Positions 24,343-34,746 of a stretch of DNA of 36,605 nucleotides are shown here, one piece after another. Numbering within the stretch: the first letter of the stretch is position 1; every line of letters begins with the position of its first letter. The stretch is from the IMG/VR virus record IMGVR_UViG_3300029219_000015. The stretch is one strand, 5' to 3'. This DNA is from a virus (Duplodnaviria; Heunggongvirae; Uroviricota; Caudoviricetes). A model generated the notes under the pieces. The model had not been told where the DNA came from and searched no databases. It saw only the letters and a program-made list of their open reading frames with translations. The translations under genes and the position numbers were made by a program.

Positions 24343-25428
24343 ATGACTTTGCCATACGGCGTCATTTCTGACTGCCACTACCACAAATGGGATGCGTTCT
24401 CCACGACGAACGCTGAGGGGCTTAACTCCAGACTTGAAATACAGTTGGAAGCAACGAAAGAAGCAGCCATCGCCATGAAGAAGGCCGGTTGTAAGTACAT
24501 GTTGGTTGCCGGTGATACATTTCACGTCCGAGGAACTGTGTCCCCTTCTGTTTTGCATTACGTAACTGAAACGTACAAGTGGATTATCAACGAGCTTGAT
24601 CTGACAGTAGTAATGCTGGCCGGTAATCACGATCTTGAAACCAACGATTCAGTATATAGCGCCAACGCAGCAGCATCGCTGAGTTCTATCGGCGTGGTAA
24701 TCGTATGTGGCAAGCGCCCACACTCAATAAAAATTGGTGATGTGACTGTCCACCTGATTAGCTGGCGTAACAATCATGCGGAGCTTATCAGCGATCTGAA
24801 AGCATTACGTAAGAGCGTAGAAGGTGATAATCATGACGTTGTTATCCATACATCCATTAACAAAGCCATTCCAACAATGCCTGACGTCGGTATCGATGCG
24901 CAGGAGTTAAAGGATATCGGCTTTCGTCTCGTGCTTAGTGGGCATTACCACAACCACAAAGAGGTCATTCCTGGAGTTATCAGTGTTGGTGCACTGACTC
25001 ATCAAAATTGGGGAGATGTTGGATCTCTGGCTGGCTACATGATCGTAAACCCGGACGGCAGTTTCAGTCACTACGAAACCAGTGCGCCTAAATTCATTAA
25101 CCTGGAAGATGATGTTGCTGATGACCAAATTCGCGGCAACTACGTGCGTTTCCGCGCCGTAATTGAGAACGATGAAGAAGGCATTAAGTACCAGAACATC
25201 CTCAAAACAATGGGTGCAAAAGGTGTCGTGTGCAACTTCATCCGTAAGTCATCAATGATGGAAGGGACAGCCAGCACAACTGAAACCAGCAAAATCGATA
25301 GCCTGGGAGAGTCGGTATCTGCTTATTGCAAGATTGTCCACGATACTGACGGCGGATTTGATCTGAGCAAATTGGATATTTTGTGTCAGGAAATCCTCAC
25401 CGAAGCGGAGAGTTCGGAGGCTGTGTGA
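24343..25428 (+). CDS. SbcD/Mre11-like nuclease (calcineurin-like phosphoesterase; T4 gp47-like)
   Basis: Phosphoesterase motifs DCHYH, GDTFH, GNHD, GHYH in the expected order; AAAGGAAAAACAC-ATG. Confidence 0.8.
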   Translation: MTLPYGVISDCHYHKWDAFSTTNAEGLNSRLEIQLEATKEAAIAMKKAGCKYMLVAGDTFHVRGTVSPSVLHYVTETYKWIINELDLTVVMLAGNHDLETNDSVYSANAAASLSSIGVVIVCGKRPHSIKIGDVTVHLISWRNNHAELISDLKALRKSVEGDNHDVVIHTSINKAIPTMPDVGIDAQELKDIGFRLVLSGHYHNHKEVIPGVISVGALTHQNWGDVGSLAGYMIVNPDGSFSHYETSAPKFINLEDDVADDQIRGNYVRFRAVIENDEEGIKYQNILKTMGAKGVVCNFIRKSSMMEGTASTTETSKIDSLGESVSAYCKIVHDTDGGFDLSKLDILCQEILTEAESSEAV

Positions 25429-25657
25429 AGCAAAGTCGTTATGGGAGCTTTCGAGACTTTGCCATCACGATGAAAAGACTTGAACGAGGCCAGACGGTGA
25501 TGTTTCACAAGCCCTACCCGCCACAAGGAAATCCCGTAGCGTTTTATCTTGGAAGGTTAACAAGAAAAGGCGTATTGAGGCGCAGATCCTTCCCGGCGCA
25601 TACGGAGTTCAGATTGAAAGAAGGCCAAAAGCTAACACACGGTATCAGAGGTGTTAT

Positions 25658-27574
25658 ATGAAGTTTTTAAAGCTCCAGGTTGAGAATTTTATGGCTATCG
25701 CCAGCGCGGAGGTCGAGTTAGATCAGCGTGGTTTAGTGCTCATTCAGGGTGTTAATAGTGATGATAGTTCCGCATCAAGTAATGGCTCTGGAAAGTCAAC
25801 TCTAATGAATAGCCTGATGTGGTGTCTTTATGGCGAAACAGCTTATGGTGTGAAGGGTGACGATGTGTTGTCTACCGACCATGAAAAGAACTGTCGTGTT
25901 GCAGTAACCATCGAGGATGAAGGCAAGAGATACGCAATCATTCGTCACCGTAAACACAAAGAGTTCAAAAATCGTCTTATCGTTCGTGGTGAAGATGGCG
26001 ATATGACGAAAGGCAAAGATGCGCTGACGCAGGAGTTCGTCGAGCGTCTGATCGGTGCATCTAAAGAGGTTTTCATGGCTTCCATCTATGCGAGCCAAGA
26101 AGCTATGCCAGATTTACCTGGAATGTCCGACAAAAACCTCAAAACCATCGTAGAAGAAGCCGCTGGCGTTGACAGACTGACACGCGCCTACGCTATTGCT
26201 CGTGAGCGAGCTAATGCAGCTGCCGCACGTATGGATGTGGTTAAAACCAAATTGGAGTCGACAATCTCGACCATTGAGGCAACACAGTCAGAAATTGAGT
26301 CAGCGAAAGCCTCCTCTGAATCATGGGAGCAAGAGCGTTCTAAACGTTATGACGATGCCCTGGCTGGGCTGGCCAGTGCCGAAGTTGAGTTAACGGAAGT
26401 TGAACTTGAGATCCGCACTCTTCCCGAACAGATACGTGATACCGAGAAGGCAATCGAAAGTGAGCGCAAAAAGTTAGCCTCAAAAGAAGAACATGACGCC
26501 AAGTTGCTCAAAGTTCGTGGTGCGATAACTGATATTCGGGCAAGCATCAAAGCTACAGAAAATAGTCAGGCTGATGCAATGAACCGCGCGCGTAATTTTA
26601 AGACCAAAGCAGAAGAGGTTGGTACTAAAGTGGGATCACCATGCCCTACTTGTGGCAAAGCCTACTGCGAAGAAGATCTATCAACGGTGAAGGAGAATTT
26701 CATTGAACAAGCACGTCAGGAAATTGGTCAGGCGAAGACACTTGCAGAGGCAATGGCTAAACACAAAACGAATCTTGAGAAAGCGTTAAGCATTGAGTCT
26801 GCCCTTGTTAAAACGACACCTGATGTAACGGCTATCATTGCCCGGATTGAAGAGCTTACGAAACAACTCTCATCTTTGCGTCATCGTGAGAAGGAGGTTG
26901 TTGCTATTGAGTCTCTTGTGACTCGTGCTCGTACTGAGGTCGATCGTATATCAAAAGAGATTAATCCGTTTATTGCTCTTATCGCCAGACACGAAGATAA
27001 CTTGGTATCCAGTAAGTCTACCTTCAAGTCCTTAAAAGATGAGTTGAAGGCTATTCAGGAACAAACGTTGCTATTGGAAAAAGCTCGTCAGGTCTACTCT
27101 CCTGCCGGGGTGCGTTCTCATATTTTGACGTCTGTTACGCCTTTCCTGAATACACGCACTGCCGAGTATCTCAATACGTTGTCTGACGGGAATATTACTG
27201 CTGAGTGGTCGACGATGGATGTCACTAAAAAAGGTGAGTATCGCGACAAATTCAACATTAGTGTGCAGAAGAAAGGTTCAAGTAAGTCGTTCCAGACCCT
27301 CTCTGGTGGTGAGAAGCGGAAGGTTCGCATTGCGTGTTCTTTGGCATTGCAGGATCTGGTTAGTAACCGGGCGAGTAAAAACATCGATTTGTTTATCGGC
27401 GACGAAATTGACGATGCACTCGATACAGCCGGTCTTGAACGCCTCATGGGTATTCTGGAGTCCAAAGCTCGCGAGCGAGGTACTGTGCTGATTATCTCCC
27501 ATAAAGAGATGAAGTCATGGTTCCGGGAAACTATTACGCTGGAAGTTAAAGAGGGGCGCAGCTATGTCGTTTAA
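25658..27574 (+). CDS. SbcC/Rad50-like ATPase (T4 gp46-like)
   Basis: Walker A NGSGKST; long coiled-coil region with CPTCG zinc-hook-like motif; signature LSGGEKRKV; Walker B LFIGDEID; GAGGTG RBS. Confidence 0.85.
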   Translation: MKFLKLQVENFMAIASAEVELDQRGLVLIQGVNSDDSSASSNGSGKSTLMNSLMWCLYGETAYGVKGDDVLSTDHEKNCRVAVTIEDEGKRYAIIRHRKHKEFKNRLIVRGEDGDMTKGKDALTQEFVERLIGASKEVFMASIYASQEAMPDLPGMSDKNLKTIVEEAAGVDRLTRAYAIARERANAAAARMDVVKTKLESTISTIEATQSEIESAKASSESWEQERSKRYDDALAGLASAEVELTEVELEIRTLPEQIRDTEKAIESERKKLASKEEHDAKLLKVRGAITDIRASIKATENSQADAMNRARNFKTKAEEVGTKVGSPCPTCGKAYCEEDLSTVKENFIEQARQEIGQAKTLAEAMAKHKTNLEKALSIESALVKTTPDVTAIIARIEELTKQLSSLRHREKEVVAIESLVTRARTEVDRISKEINPFIALIARHEDNLVSSKSTFKSLKDELKAIQEQTLLLEKARQVYSPAGVRSHILTSVTPFLNTRTAEYLNTLSDGNITAEWSTMDVTKKGEYRDKFNISVQKKGSSKSFQTLSGGEKRKVRIACSLALQDLVSNRASKNIDLFIGDEIDDALDTAGLERLMGILESKARERGTVLIISHKEMKSWFRETITLEVKEGRSYVV

Positions 27575-28307
27575 ATTAAGCCGCTCGCAGTTTTTGCAGG
27601 TATTTGCAGTGATGCAGTCGATAAAACTGATCAATGGGCATACTTCCAATGGTGCGGCTCCACGTATTCTGTGGGGCAGCAACAATATTGACGGAGTACA
27701 ATTCGCCGCGTTGCTTGGTCTAATATCCGAGACGCCATTGATGCAAAGTTTGAAATCACTACCACCTGGATGTATTGCGCCGATCCTGATTAATCCTTTT
27801 GTTGAGGGGGGATATCTTCCCAACGTCGGGCCTGGGTTTATTGCATCCCATGAAACTGAAGATCTTAACATTAATAGCGAAGGGTTCTTTGGGGGAATGG
27901 GTGCGCATCACTGTATGGCTTTCACGAACCTTATTCGACTTGCCAATAAGCGGGTGGATAGTTTGGCATCGCCAGGTGATGCTTTTACTGGTTTCCTTAT
28001 CCAAAGGAGGGATAAAAAGTACAGTGCGGACAAACTACAGTTTGTTGGTAAGTATGGAGAAATGGTAGAAATCGAACTTCAGCTCCCTCATGTTTTAGCA
28101 AACGATAGTGCAGACAGTCGGAGGCTATTGGGCATCATGCGTCATTTCATAGCAAGTGGTGTTAAACATGCCGCAGATAAACGTGTCACGCAGGAAAATG
28201 AGTATTCAGACTTTGCAAACTATCCCCAACCAACGTTGCAAACGGCAATAGTAGCCAATTCGTTGGAGGCGAGATTATTGGAAAACCCTATATGGGGAAC
28301 ATGGTAA
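27564..28307 (+). CDS. Hypothetical protein
   Basis: 247-aa ORF overlapping the SbcC-like stop by 11 nt; GAGGGG RBS. Confidence 0.55.
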   Translation: MSFKLSRSQFLQVFAVMQSIKLINGHTSNGAAPRILWGSNNIDGVQFAALLGLISETPLMQSLKSLPPGCIAPILINPFVEGGYLPNVGPGFIASHETEDLNINSEGFFGGMGAHHCMAFTNLIRLANKRVDSLASPGDAFTGFLIQRRDKKYSADKLQFVGKYGEMVEIELQLPHVLANDSADSRRLLGIMRHFIASGVKHAADKRVTQENEYSDFANYPQPTLQTAIVANSLEARLLENPIWGTW

Positions 28308-28316
28308 GGAGACTAT

Positions 28317-28886
28317 ATGAGTAAAAAAATCAGCGTAGTTGGTGTTGATCCCTCTATGAGCAACTTTGGGCTTGCTGTGGGCACTTTAGACCTTGAAACG
28401 GACGAACTTGAGATTCACGGCCTTACTCTTGTTGAGACTAAAGCGGGGAGTAACAAAAAGACCGTTCGTGTGAACAGTGACGATCTGCGCCGCGCCAGTG
28501 AAATATGGCGTGTTGCGAAGCCAATCATTGATAAGGCAAATATGGTTTTTTGTGAGCTACCGGTTGGGAGCCAAAACTCTCGTTCGCAGACGTCTTACGG
28601 TATTTGTATCGGTGTACTTGCGTGTGTGGATAAGCCATTGATCCAGGTTACTCCAAACGAAATCAAGCATTTTGTCGGCAATAAACTTACTACATCGAAA
28701 GAAGAGATTATCCAGTGGGCTACGAAAAAACACCCTAAAGCACCGTGGCTGCGTCGTAAGCAATCTGGACAGGATGTTCTCGTGAACAAAAACGAACATT
28801 TGGCTGATGCGGTGGCTGCCATCCATACCGGTATGCAAACAGATCAGTTCCGCCAGGTGCGCGATGTTCTTAAGTCTCTCATTTGA
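28317..28886 (+). CDS. RuvC-like Holliday junction resolvase
   Basis: 189 aa; N-terminal ISVVGVDPSMSNFGLAV matches the RuvC-type IxGIDPG first acidic motif; further acidic residues in CELPVGS and EHLADAV; AAGGAG RBS. Confidence 0.65.
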   Translation: MSKKISVVGVDPSMSNFGLAVGTLDLETDELEIHGLTLVETKAGSNKKTVRVNSDDLRRASEIWRVAKPIIDKANMVFCELPVGSQNSRSQTSYGICIGVLACVDKPLIQVTPNEIKHFVGNKLTTSKEEIIQWATKKHPKAPWLRRKQSGQDVLVNKNEHLADAVAAIHTGMQTDQFRQVRDVLKSLI

Positions 28887-28920
28887 TTTCATTGATAGGT
28901 AAGTGCTTATCTATTAACAT

Positions 28921-28952
28921 GGGCCACTATATTTAGTGGCCCTCTTTATTTG
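28921..28952 (+). terminator. Rho-independent terminator
   Basis: GGGCCACT-ATATTT-AGTGGCCC followed by TCTTTATTT. Confidence 0.7.
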
Positions 28953-28959
28953 GTGATAC

Positions 28960-31275
28960 ATGATAAGCATCGTAAAACGTAACGGCCAAACAGAGCCGTT
29001 ATCCGAAGAAAAATACAACCGCGTCGTAATGTATGGCGTAGAAGGCATTCGTGGTGTAAGCGCATCCGCTGTAGCAATGGGAGCTGCGGCCAGCATTTTT
29101 GATGGGATTACCACCAGCCAGTTGCATGAGGCTTTGGTTAAATCTGCCGCTGATTTGATCTCACCAGAAGCACCAAATTACTCACAGGTGGCTGCCCGCC
29201 TGAACATTTTTAAAATCCGCAAAGATGCCTTCGGTCGTTACGACTATCCGAACTTCTACCAACACATTGTCAAGAACGTTAACAAGGGCGTTTATGACAA
29301 GGATTTGCTGACACATTATTCGTTTGAAGAGATCGAAGAACTCGGCAATTACATTAAGCCGAAACGTGACGATCTTTTTGGCTATGCAGCTACGGTGCAG
29401 TTGCAAAGCAAATACCTCGTTCAAAACCGTGTTACTGGTGAGATTCATGAGGGGCCGCAACATATCTATATGCTGGTAGGCATGTGTCTGTTCCAGAATT
29501 GGGAAGACGACTGCGCTGGCAAAACACGTATGGAGATGGTCAAAGGTTTCTATGACGTTACAAGTACGTTCAAACTGTCTCTGCCCACACCAATCATGGC
29601 CGGCGTCCGTACTCCAACCCGTCAGTTCTCCAGTTGTGTGCTGATTGAGTCTGGCGATAGTCTGAAAGGGATTAGTGCAGCTTCAGCCGCAATTATCGAC
29701 TACGTTTCACGTCGTGCTGGAATTGGTATTGGTTTTGGCCGTATCCGTGCGCTGGGCAGCGAGATCCGCAATGGTGAAGCCACCCATACCGGAGTTATTC
29801 CATTCCTGAAGCATTTCCAGACGGCTGTTAAATCTTGTTCGCAAGGTGGTGTTCGTGGTGGCGCAGCAACAGCGTTTTACCCGATCTGGCATCTTGAAGT
29901 TGAAAGTCTGCTGGTGGTGAAAAATAACCGTGGTATTGATGAAAACCGCGTTCGCCATCTTGATTACGGCGTCATGAGTAACCGTCTAATGTACCGTCGA
30001 CTCGTCAGAAGCGAGAACATCACTCTGTTCAGCCCGCATGATGTGCCTGATATGTACGAAGCCTTCTTCACAGACCAGGAGCTGTTTGAAAAGCTGTACC
30101 ATAAATACGAAGCCGATGATTCAATTCGCAAGAAGCCAGTACCTGCCATTGAGCTGTTCTCATCTCTGATGCAGGAACGAGCGTCCACGGGCCGAATTTA
30201 TATTGCGAACGTAGATCATATTAACGAGCATGGCGCTTTCATTCCTGCTCTTGCACCTGTTCGCCAGTCAAACCTGTGCATGGAGATCACTCTACCCACT
30301 CGTCCACTGGCATTTACCGACGACCCGAACGGTGAGATCGCGCTATGCACTTTATCCGCTTTTAACCTCGGAGCCATCCGTTCACTGGAGTCTCTTAAAG
30401 AGGTGGCGTTCTATGCCGTTGCTGCACTGGATTCGTTACTGGATTATCAAGACTATCCGATGGAGGCAGCCGAAGTGCCTGCCAAAGCTCGTCGTAGCTT
30501 GGGAATTGGTGTAACCAACTTTGCTTATTACCTGGCAAAGAATGGCGTTCGTTATTCTGATACCGCTGGCAATAAACTGGTGCATGAAACGTTCGAAGCT
30601 ATCCAGTATTACCTTCTTGATGCCAGCTGCCGACTTGCTGAAGCAAAAGGTGAGTGTGACTGGTTTGAGCAGACCAAGTACGCAATTGGTCAGTTGCCGA
30701 TCGACCATTACCGTTCTTCATTAGACGAAAGTGGCGAAACCAACTTTGAGTTAAAGATGCCGTGGGAAGAACTGCGTGAACGTATTGCAAAATACGGCCT
30801 TCGCAACTCCACACTGACGGCACAAATGCCATGCGAGACTTCCAGCCAGATCACTAATTCCACCAACGGCATCGAACCGCCTCGTGGCCCGGTGTCGGTG
30901 AAATCTTCTAAGGACGGCATCGTTAAGATGGTCGTGCCTGAGTTTGAAAAACTGAAGGAACAGTATGAATACCTGTGGGATATGCCGGACAACCGCGGCT
31001 ATCTGACAAAGGTGGCGATCATCCAGAAGTTCTTTGACCAGGCTATTTCAGCCAATACCAACTATGACCCTTCTCGCTTTGAAGGCGATAAAGTCCCAAT
31101 GATGACGCTACTGTCAGATTTGCTTCTCGCCTACAAGATGGGAGTTAAAACGCTTTACTACCACAACACCAGAGATGGGGCAGGAAAGCGTGATGACGAC
31201 GAACCGCAGAATCCACTGACGCAAGCTGTAGCCGTCGAGCCAGAAGATGAGTGCGACGGAGCCTGCAAAATCTGA
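28960..31275 (+). CDS. nrdA: Ribonucleoside-diphosphate reductase class Ia alpha subunit
   Basis: 771 aa; N-terminal ATP-cone-like VKRNGQTEPL; active-site NLCMEITLP; C-terminal Cys pair; length and order match NrdA. Confidence 0.85.
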   Translation: MISIVKRNGQTEPLSEEKYNRVVMYGVEGIRGVSASAVAMGAAASIFDGITTSQLHEALVKSAADLISPEAPNYSQVAARLNIFKIRKDAFGRYDYPNFYQHIVKNVNKGVYDKDLLTHYSFEEIEELGNYIKPKRDDLFGYAATVQLQSKYLVQNRVTGEIHEGPQHIYMLVGMCLFQNWEDDCAGKTRMEMVKGFYDVTSTFKLSLPTPIMAGVRTPTRQFSSCVLIESGDSLKGISAASAAIIDYVSRRAGIGIGFGRIRALGSEIRNGEATHTGVIPFLKHFQTAVKSCSQGGVRGGAATAFYPIWHLEVESLLVVKNNRGIDENRVRHLDYGVMSNRLMYRRLVRSENITLFSPHDVPDMYEAFFTDQELFEKLYHKYEADDSIRKKPVPAIELFSSLMQERASTGRIYIANVDHINEHGAFIPALAPVRQSNLCMEITLPTRPLAFTDDPNGEIALCTLSAFNLGAIRSLESLKEVAFYAVAALDSLLDYQDYPMEAAEVPAKARRSLGIGVTNFAYYLAKNGVRYSDTAGNKLVHETFEAIQYYLLDASCRLAEAKGECDWFEQTKYAIGQLPIDHYRSSLDESGETNFELKMPWEELRERIAKYGLRNSTLTAQMPCETSSQITNSTNGIEPPRGPVSVKSSKDGIVKMVVPEFEKLKEQYEYLWDMPDNRGYLTKVAIIQKFFDQAISANTNYDPSRFEGDKVPMMTLLSDLLLAYKMGVKTLYYHNTRDGAGKRDDDEPQNPLTQAVAVEPEDECDGACKI

Positions 31276-31280
31276 CATAT

Positions 31281-31313
31281 GGTGGGGGATATCCCCACCT
31301 TCTCTTTGATTTG
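31281..31313 (+). terminator. Rho-independent terminator after nrdA
   Basis: Palindrome GGTGGGGATATCCCCACC followed by TTCTCTTTGATTT. Confidence 0.7.
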
Positions 31314-31381
31314 TAAGCCTTGTTTAAACACATAAGATAACAACTTGTTTAAACGCACCAAAAAAGAAAAAGGAAAAACAC

Positions 31382-32524
31382 ATGTCATATTCAACGTTCC
31401 GTTTGGGTGCTAATGATGCAACCAAAGAGCCTATGTTCCTCGGACAATCTGTCAACGTGGCACGTTACGATCAGCAAAAATACCGTGATTTTGAAAAGTT
31501 GATTGAACGTCAATTGTCTTTCTTCTGGCGGCCGGAAGAAGTTGATATTTCGAGCGATCGTATCGACTTCAACACGAAGCTGCGGGACCACGAACGTCAC
31601 ATTTTTCTGAGCAATCTCCGTTATCAAACGTTACTCGATTCAGTTCAGGGACGTAGCCCAAATGCAACGCTGCTGCCGCTTATCTCTATTCCTGAACTGG
31701 AAACGTGGGTTGAAACATGGTCTTTCTCTGAGACTATCCATAGCCGCAGCTACACCCACATTATTCGTGGCATGGTGGACGATCCGAGCATTGTTTTTGA
31801 CGGTATTGTTACGGATGAAGAAATCATCAACCGAGCGATCAGTATCTCTGCTGAATATGACAGGCTTTATGGGATGACCTGCGAGCGCCAGTCGTTAGGT
31901 GAGAAAGAGTTTGAACGTCTGTACGTAAATGAATATGGCTGGGAGCCATACCCTTTGCATCGTCAGCTTTTCCGCACGTTGGTGTCCATTAATGCGCTTG
32001 AGGCGATCCGTTTCTATGTAAGTTTTGCATGTACGTTTGCCTTTGGCGAACGGAAGTTGCTTGAGGGTAACACCAAAATTATGCGCTTTATTGCCCGTGA
32101 TGAAGCTCTGCATTGCGAAGGAACTGAACGCATGATCCGCTTCATGCGTACCGGTCGCGAAGGTTTATTGTGGAAAGAGATTGCTGCTGATGAAGAAAAC
32201 GTCATTTACGACACCATGAAATCAGTCGCCGAACAAGAAATGAACTGGGCAGACTATCTCTTCAAAGACGGTTCGATGATTGGTTTAAACGCGGATATTC
32301 TGAAGACCTATGTAAAATACCGAACCAATCTGGCTATGAATCGTCTTGGCCTGAAGGCTTTATTTCCAGAAGTTACCACTGATCCGCTGGTCTGGATGAA
32401 CAAGTGGTTGTTAACCGACACACTGCAAATTGCACCACAAGAGGCAGAGCAAAGCACATATCTGGTAGGTCAGATCGATTCTACCGTGGATAAGGCTTCT
32501 CTAAGCCAGTTTGCAGACCTGTAA
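31382..32524 (+). CDS. nrdB: Ribonucleoside-diphosphate reductase class Ia beta subunit
   Basis: 380 aa; near-identical blocks to E. coli NrdB from memory ([74 protein letters not shown]). Confidence 0.9.
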   Translation: MSYSTFRLGANDATKEPMFLGQSVNVARYDQQKYRDFEKLIERQLSFFWRPEEVDISSDRIDFNTKLRDHERHIFLSNLRYQTLLDSVQGRSPNATLLPLISIPELETWVETWSFSETIHSRSYTHIIRGMVDDPSIVFDGIVTDEEIINRAISISAEYDRLYGMTCERQSLGEKEFERLYVNEYGWEPYPLHRQLFRTLVSINALEAIRFYVSFACTFAFGERKLLEGNTKIMRFIARDEALHCEGTERMIRFMRTGREGLLWKEIAADEENVIYDTMKSVAEQEMNWADYLFKDGSMIGLNADILKTYVKYRTNLAMNRLGLKALFPEVTTDPLVWMNKWLLTDTLQIAPQEAEQSTYLVGQIDSTVDKASLSQFADL

Positions 32525-32601
32525 ACCGATACAAAGCATTATGTGGCCTGGCAACGCTGGGCCACAATGGATCACAAGAATTAAGAAGGAACAAAACTAG
32601 C

Positions 32602-33471
32602 ATGAACTTTACCAAACTGACTGACCACCTGAAACTTGCCACCGATCGACTCATTGGATTTAAGCCAGAACCATATGAGTTGCATGAAGGCCATGGTGTA
32701 GCCACTGAAAGTATTTACAAGATGGTCGATCAGTTTCATGAACTCTTCCAGCATCCGAGACGCGTTATGCCGACACCAGAGCTGCTTCGTCTCCGTGCAA
32801 GCCTGATTCATGAAGAAGCTGTAGTGGAAGGTATTCCAGCTGCAATGAATGGGGATATTGAGCAACTGCTGGATGCAATGGCCGACTTTTTATACGTTGG
32901 TGTTGGTACGATGGTCGCCATCAAAGGTGGTATTTCTACCGGCATGACCTATTACACGCAGGAACAGAGCATTGATCGCTTTATGCAGACAATTTTTGTG
33001 CCCGGTAACACTGTTTTCGATGATATGGCAATGCCATTTCAGGAAGCTCGTGAGGCGTCATGTATGCTCGAAGAGCTGGCAGATAAACTTGAGAACAAGA
33101 CTGTTAAGGATTCTGAGCTGATTCAGGAACTGCGCCGTGTCATGAACAAAATCTATGTGGCGTGCATGATGACCTATCGACTGGCTGATTTCCTCGGTAT
33201 CAATGTAGTCGAGCTGGTTGGCGAAATTCATCGGTCTAACATGACAAAATTATGGCCTGCTGATGTAGAGGAACGTCGCCAGGCTGTGGCCAACTGCAAA
33301 TACGACTCTTCAGACCTGGGATTTCGCCATGCTGATGGTACCGATAAGATGATCGGTTTTCGAATTTCCGATGGAAAGATTCTGAAGTCTCCAACCTATA
33401 GTGATGTCGATTTATCCTCCTTTGTTGAGCAAGCTAAAGCCTCAGCAATGTACGGAATGATCAAAAAATAA
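32602..33471 (+). CDS. Hypothetical protein; possible MazG-like all-alpha NTP pyrophosphohydrolase
   Basis: 289 aa; acidic helix motif IHEEAVVEG...DIEQLLDAMADFLYV resembles the MazG-type metal-binding EExxE...D pattern; weak. Confidence 0.45.
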   Translation: MNFTKLTDHLKLATDRLIGFKPEPYELHEGHGVATESIYKMVDQFHELFQHPRRVMPTPELLRLRASLIHEEAVVEGIPAAMNGDIEQLLDAMADFLYVGVGTMVAIKGGISTGMTYYTQEQSIDRFMQTIFVPGNTVFDDMAMPFQEAREASCMLEELADKLENKTVKDSELIQELRRVMNKIYVACMMTYRLADFLGINVVELVGEIHRSNMTKLWPADVEERRQAVANCKYDSSDLGFRHADGTDKMIGFRISDGKILKSPTYSDVDLSSFVEQAKASAMYGMIKK

Positions 33472-33539
33472 TTGTAGGTAGTTATCTATCTATGTATATT
33501 GTGTTGGCGCGTTAAATTCCTGAAACAACTATTCGTTTT

Positions 33540-33565
33540 TGGTGGCCTATGGCCACCATTTTTTA
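33540..33565 (+). terminator. Rho-independent terminator
   Basis: TGGTGGCC-TAT-GGCCACCA followed by TTTTTT. Confidence 0.75.
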
Positions 33566-33641
33566 TCTATCTGGCCTTGTTCTCTCAATAAATGTAAACT
33601 CACGTAATGAATAAGTGGTTACTTATCTTTGTGAGGTTTTT

Positions 33642-34745
33642 GTGTCACTCCTTTTGAATCGTGAGCATACGAACGGTCAGGTAACAAACGCATCGTATGC
33701 AAAAGTTATTGAGACGGTGCTTAAAAGCGGCGTGCAGGCTGATGATCGCACAGGCACTGGTACTTTAAGCACCTGCTACGTTCCCTCTTACTACATGCTT
33801 ACTGGTGGGACTGTGCCGCTTATTTCTGGAAAGGCGGTAAATCTTAAGCCACTGCTTGTCGAACTTGAGTGGTATCTGAAAGGCACGGGCAACATCCAAT
33901 TTCTCAAGGATAACGGCGTTAAGATTTGGGATGCATGGGCCGATGAGAATGGCGATTTGGGGCCGGTTTACGGTAAGCAGTGGCGTCGATGGGAAGATAC
34001 CCGCATCGTGAGCCATAGTGAATATCTGAGCAAGATCGCTACTTTCCGTGAACGCGGGTACAAAGTCGAGGGATACCTGGGTATCAGTGAAGATCGCGTA
34101 GTGCTGTCCCGTGAAATCGATCAGCTACAGCGTATTGTCGATACACTGCGCACGAACCCTACCGATCGTCGCATCATGCTTAACGCATGGAACGTAGGCG
34201 AGCTTGAGGATATGAAACTGCCACCTTGCCACTTTGTCTTCTCTTTGTGGAGTCGTGAGCTGGATTTTGAAACCCGTTTAACGATGGCAACTGACATTGG
34301 TCTTCAACACAGTCGCCTCAGTTACGAGTCTATCTACACCAAGATGCTATACGATCTGGAGATGGACGGCAGTGTTACTGAAGCTGAACTGGATGAACTT
34401 GGAATCCCCAAACGCATCCTCAACTCCTGCCTCGTACAGCGTAGCGTAGACACTTTTGTTGGTATGCCATTCAATATTGCTGGCTATGGCATTCTCACTC
34501 ATTTTCTCGCGAAGATTACGGGTCACATGGCCGGTGCATTTGTGCATTTTGGCTTTGACGTGCATTTGTACAACAACCACATGGAAGGTGTGTGTGAGCT
34601 AATGAAACGACAGGCTCCAGAGCATTCAGATCCGGTCGTTATTTTCCCTCATGAATGGTCAGAGTTGGATGATTTCAAATGGGACGAGGTTTTAATTCTT
34701 GGCTATGACCCTCTATCGTGGATCAAGGTTCCAGTGGCGGTGTGA
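33642..34745 (+). CDS. thyA: Thymidylate synthase (ThyA type) with an internal insertion of about 50 aa
   Basis: DRTGTGT, WADENGDLGPVYGKQWRRW, LPPCH, GMPFNIAGYG and C-terminal KVPVAV match ThyA; start taken at the GTG at 33642 (GAGG 5 nt upstream), ORF-track start 33615 is the alternative. Confidence 0.8.
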   Translation: MSLLLNREHTNGQVTNASYAKVIETVLKSGVQADDRTGTGTLSTCYVPSYYMLTGGTVPLISGKAVNLKPLLVELEWYLKGTGNIQFLKDNGVKIWDAWADENGDLGPVYGKQWRRWEDTRIVSHSEYLSKIATFRERGYKVEGYLGISEDRVVLSREIDQLQRIVDTLRTNPTDRRIMLNAWNVGELEDMKLPPCHFVFSLWSRELDFETRLTMATDIGLQHSRLSYESIYTKMLYDLEMDGSVTEAELDELGIPKRILNSCLVQRSVDTFVGMPFNIAGYGILTHFLAKITGHMAGAFVHFGFDVHLYNNHMEGVCELMKRQAPEHSDPVVIFPHEWSELDDFKWDEVLILGYDPLSWIKVPVAV

Positions 34746-34746
34746 T

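Noticed and set aside
25383-25661. 92-aa ORF spanning the SbcD-like/SbcC-like gap
   Set aside because: Its 5' part overlaps the SbcD-like coding sequence via a GTG start and there is no RBS; only the gap itself is reported as a finding.
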